Position numbers and translations under genes: made by a program. The notes under the pieces are model-generated. The model did not search any database. It saw only the letters and a program-made list of their open reading frames with translations, and was not told the origin of the DNA. Shown here one piece after another: positions 63,824 to 64,000 of a stretch of DNA of 64,000 bases (within the stretch, counting starts at the first letter, position 1; each line of letters starts with the position of its first letter). The stretch is from a virus. The stretch lies in IMG/VR virus record IMGVR_UViG_3300037882_001770, positions 203,033-267,032 of that record; one strand, given 5' to 3'.

Positions 63824-64000
63824 TGAGAGCACAAGAATTCCTTGCTGAAAACAAGCAAGCCACTGCAAAACAAGTGTTGGCCTATATCAACCAAACACAC
63901 CACGAGCCCATGACCGCAAAGTTGACCACGGCTGTGCGGGCACACCCACAGTGGGAACTGCGTCAGGTTTCATTACAGAATCTCAACATACCTGATCAGG
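63823..64000 (+). CDS. Putative internal head protein, 3' truncated
   Basis: TAATG coupling; begins MRAQEFLAE, like the T4 capsid-targeting sequence MKTYQEFIAE. Confidence 0.6.
   Translation, partial: MRAQEFLAENKQATAKQVLAYINQTHHEPMTAKLTTAVRAHPQWELRQVSLQNLNIPDQ

Noticed and set aside
1..64000. Stop-codon reassignment, as in some large phages
   Set aside because: Standard-code ORFs tile the window densely; TAA, TGA and TAG all terminate recognisable full-length genes (for example erpA ends in TAG).

Overview
This 64-kb window is a gene-dense segment of a large tailed dsDNA phage (T4-like/jumbo myovirus organisation). Embedded spanins and an ErpA-type gene point to a Gram-negative, probably proteobacterial, host. 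Two promoter classes are visible. About 20 near-consensus sigma70 early promoters (mostly ggTTGACc-N17-TATAAT) drive arrays of small accessory genes at 0.3-2.6, 6.8-23 and 26.5-32 kb. A TAAATA/TAAGTA late-promoter motif precedes structural, lysis and several enzyme genes, often only 5 nt before the ATG. Core-type genes include baseplate/tail-fibre proteins, a clamp loader, a DnaE fragment, GroES, DnaJ, ClpA, PhoH, a GH19 endolysin, spanins and a holin. Auxiliary genes include IF-1, Fe/Mn-SOD, ErpA, three radical-SAM loci, rubredoxin plus rubrerythrin, a DNA methyltransferase and an APS-kinase-like/nucleotidyltransferase fusion. The best leads are: (1) a 22.9-26.4 kb stress island, with a PlcP-like phospholipase and Agt-like glycolipid synthase near Pho-box-like repeats, and rubredoxin-rubrerythrin behind an OxyR-like box; (2) four unassigned structured RNA candidates (18.85, 24.17, 29.1, 30.57 kb); (3) a DGQHR/ParB-like, nuclease-like, HNH-like and methylase operon; (4) a 1545-aa nucleotidyltransferase-zincin-amidoligase polyprotein with head-protease-like linkers; (5) cassette-like junction repeats in the early region. 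All family calls come from reading motifs by eye; no database search was run. No tRNA, rRNA, CRISPR array or transposase was seen.
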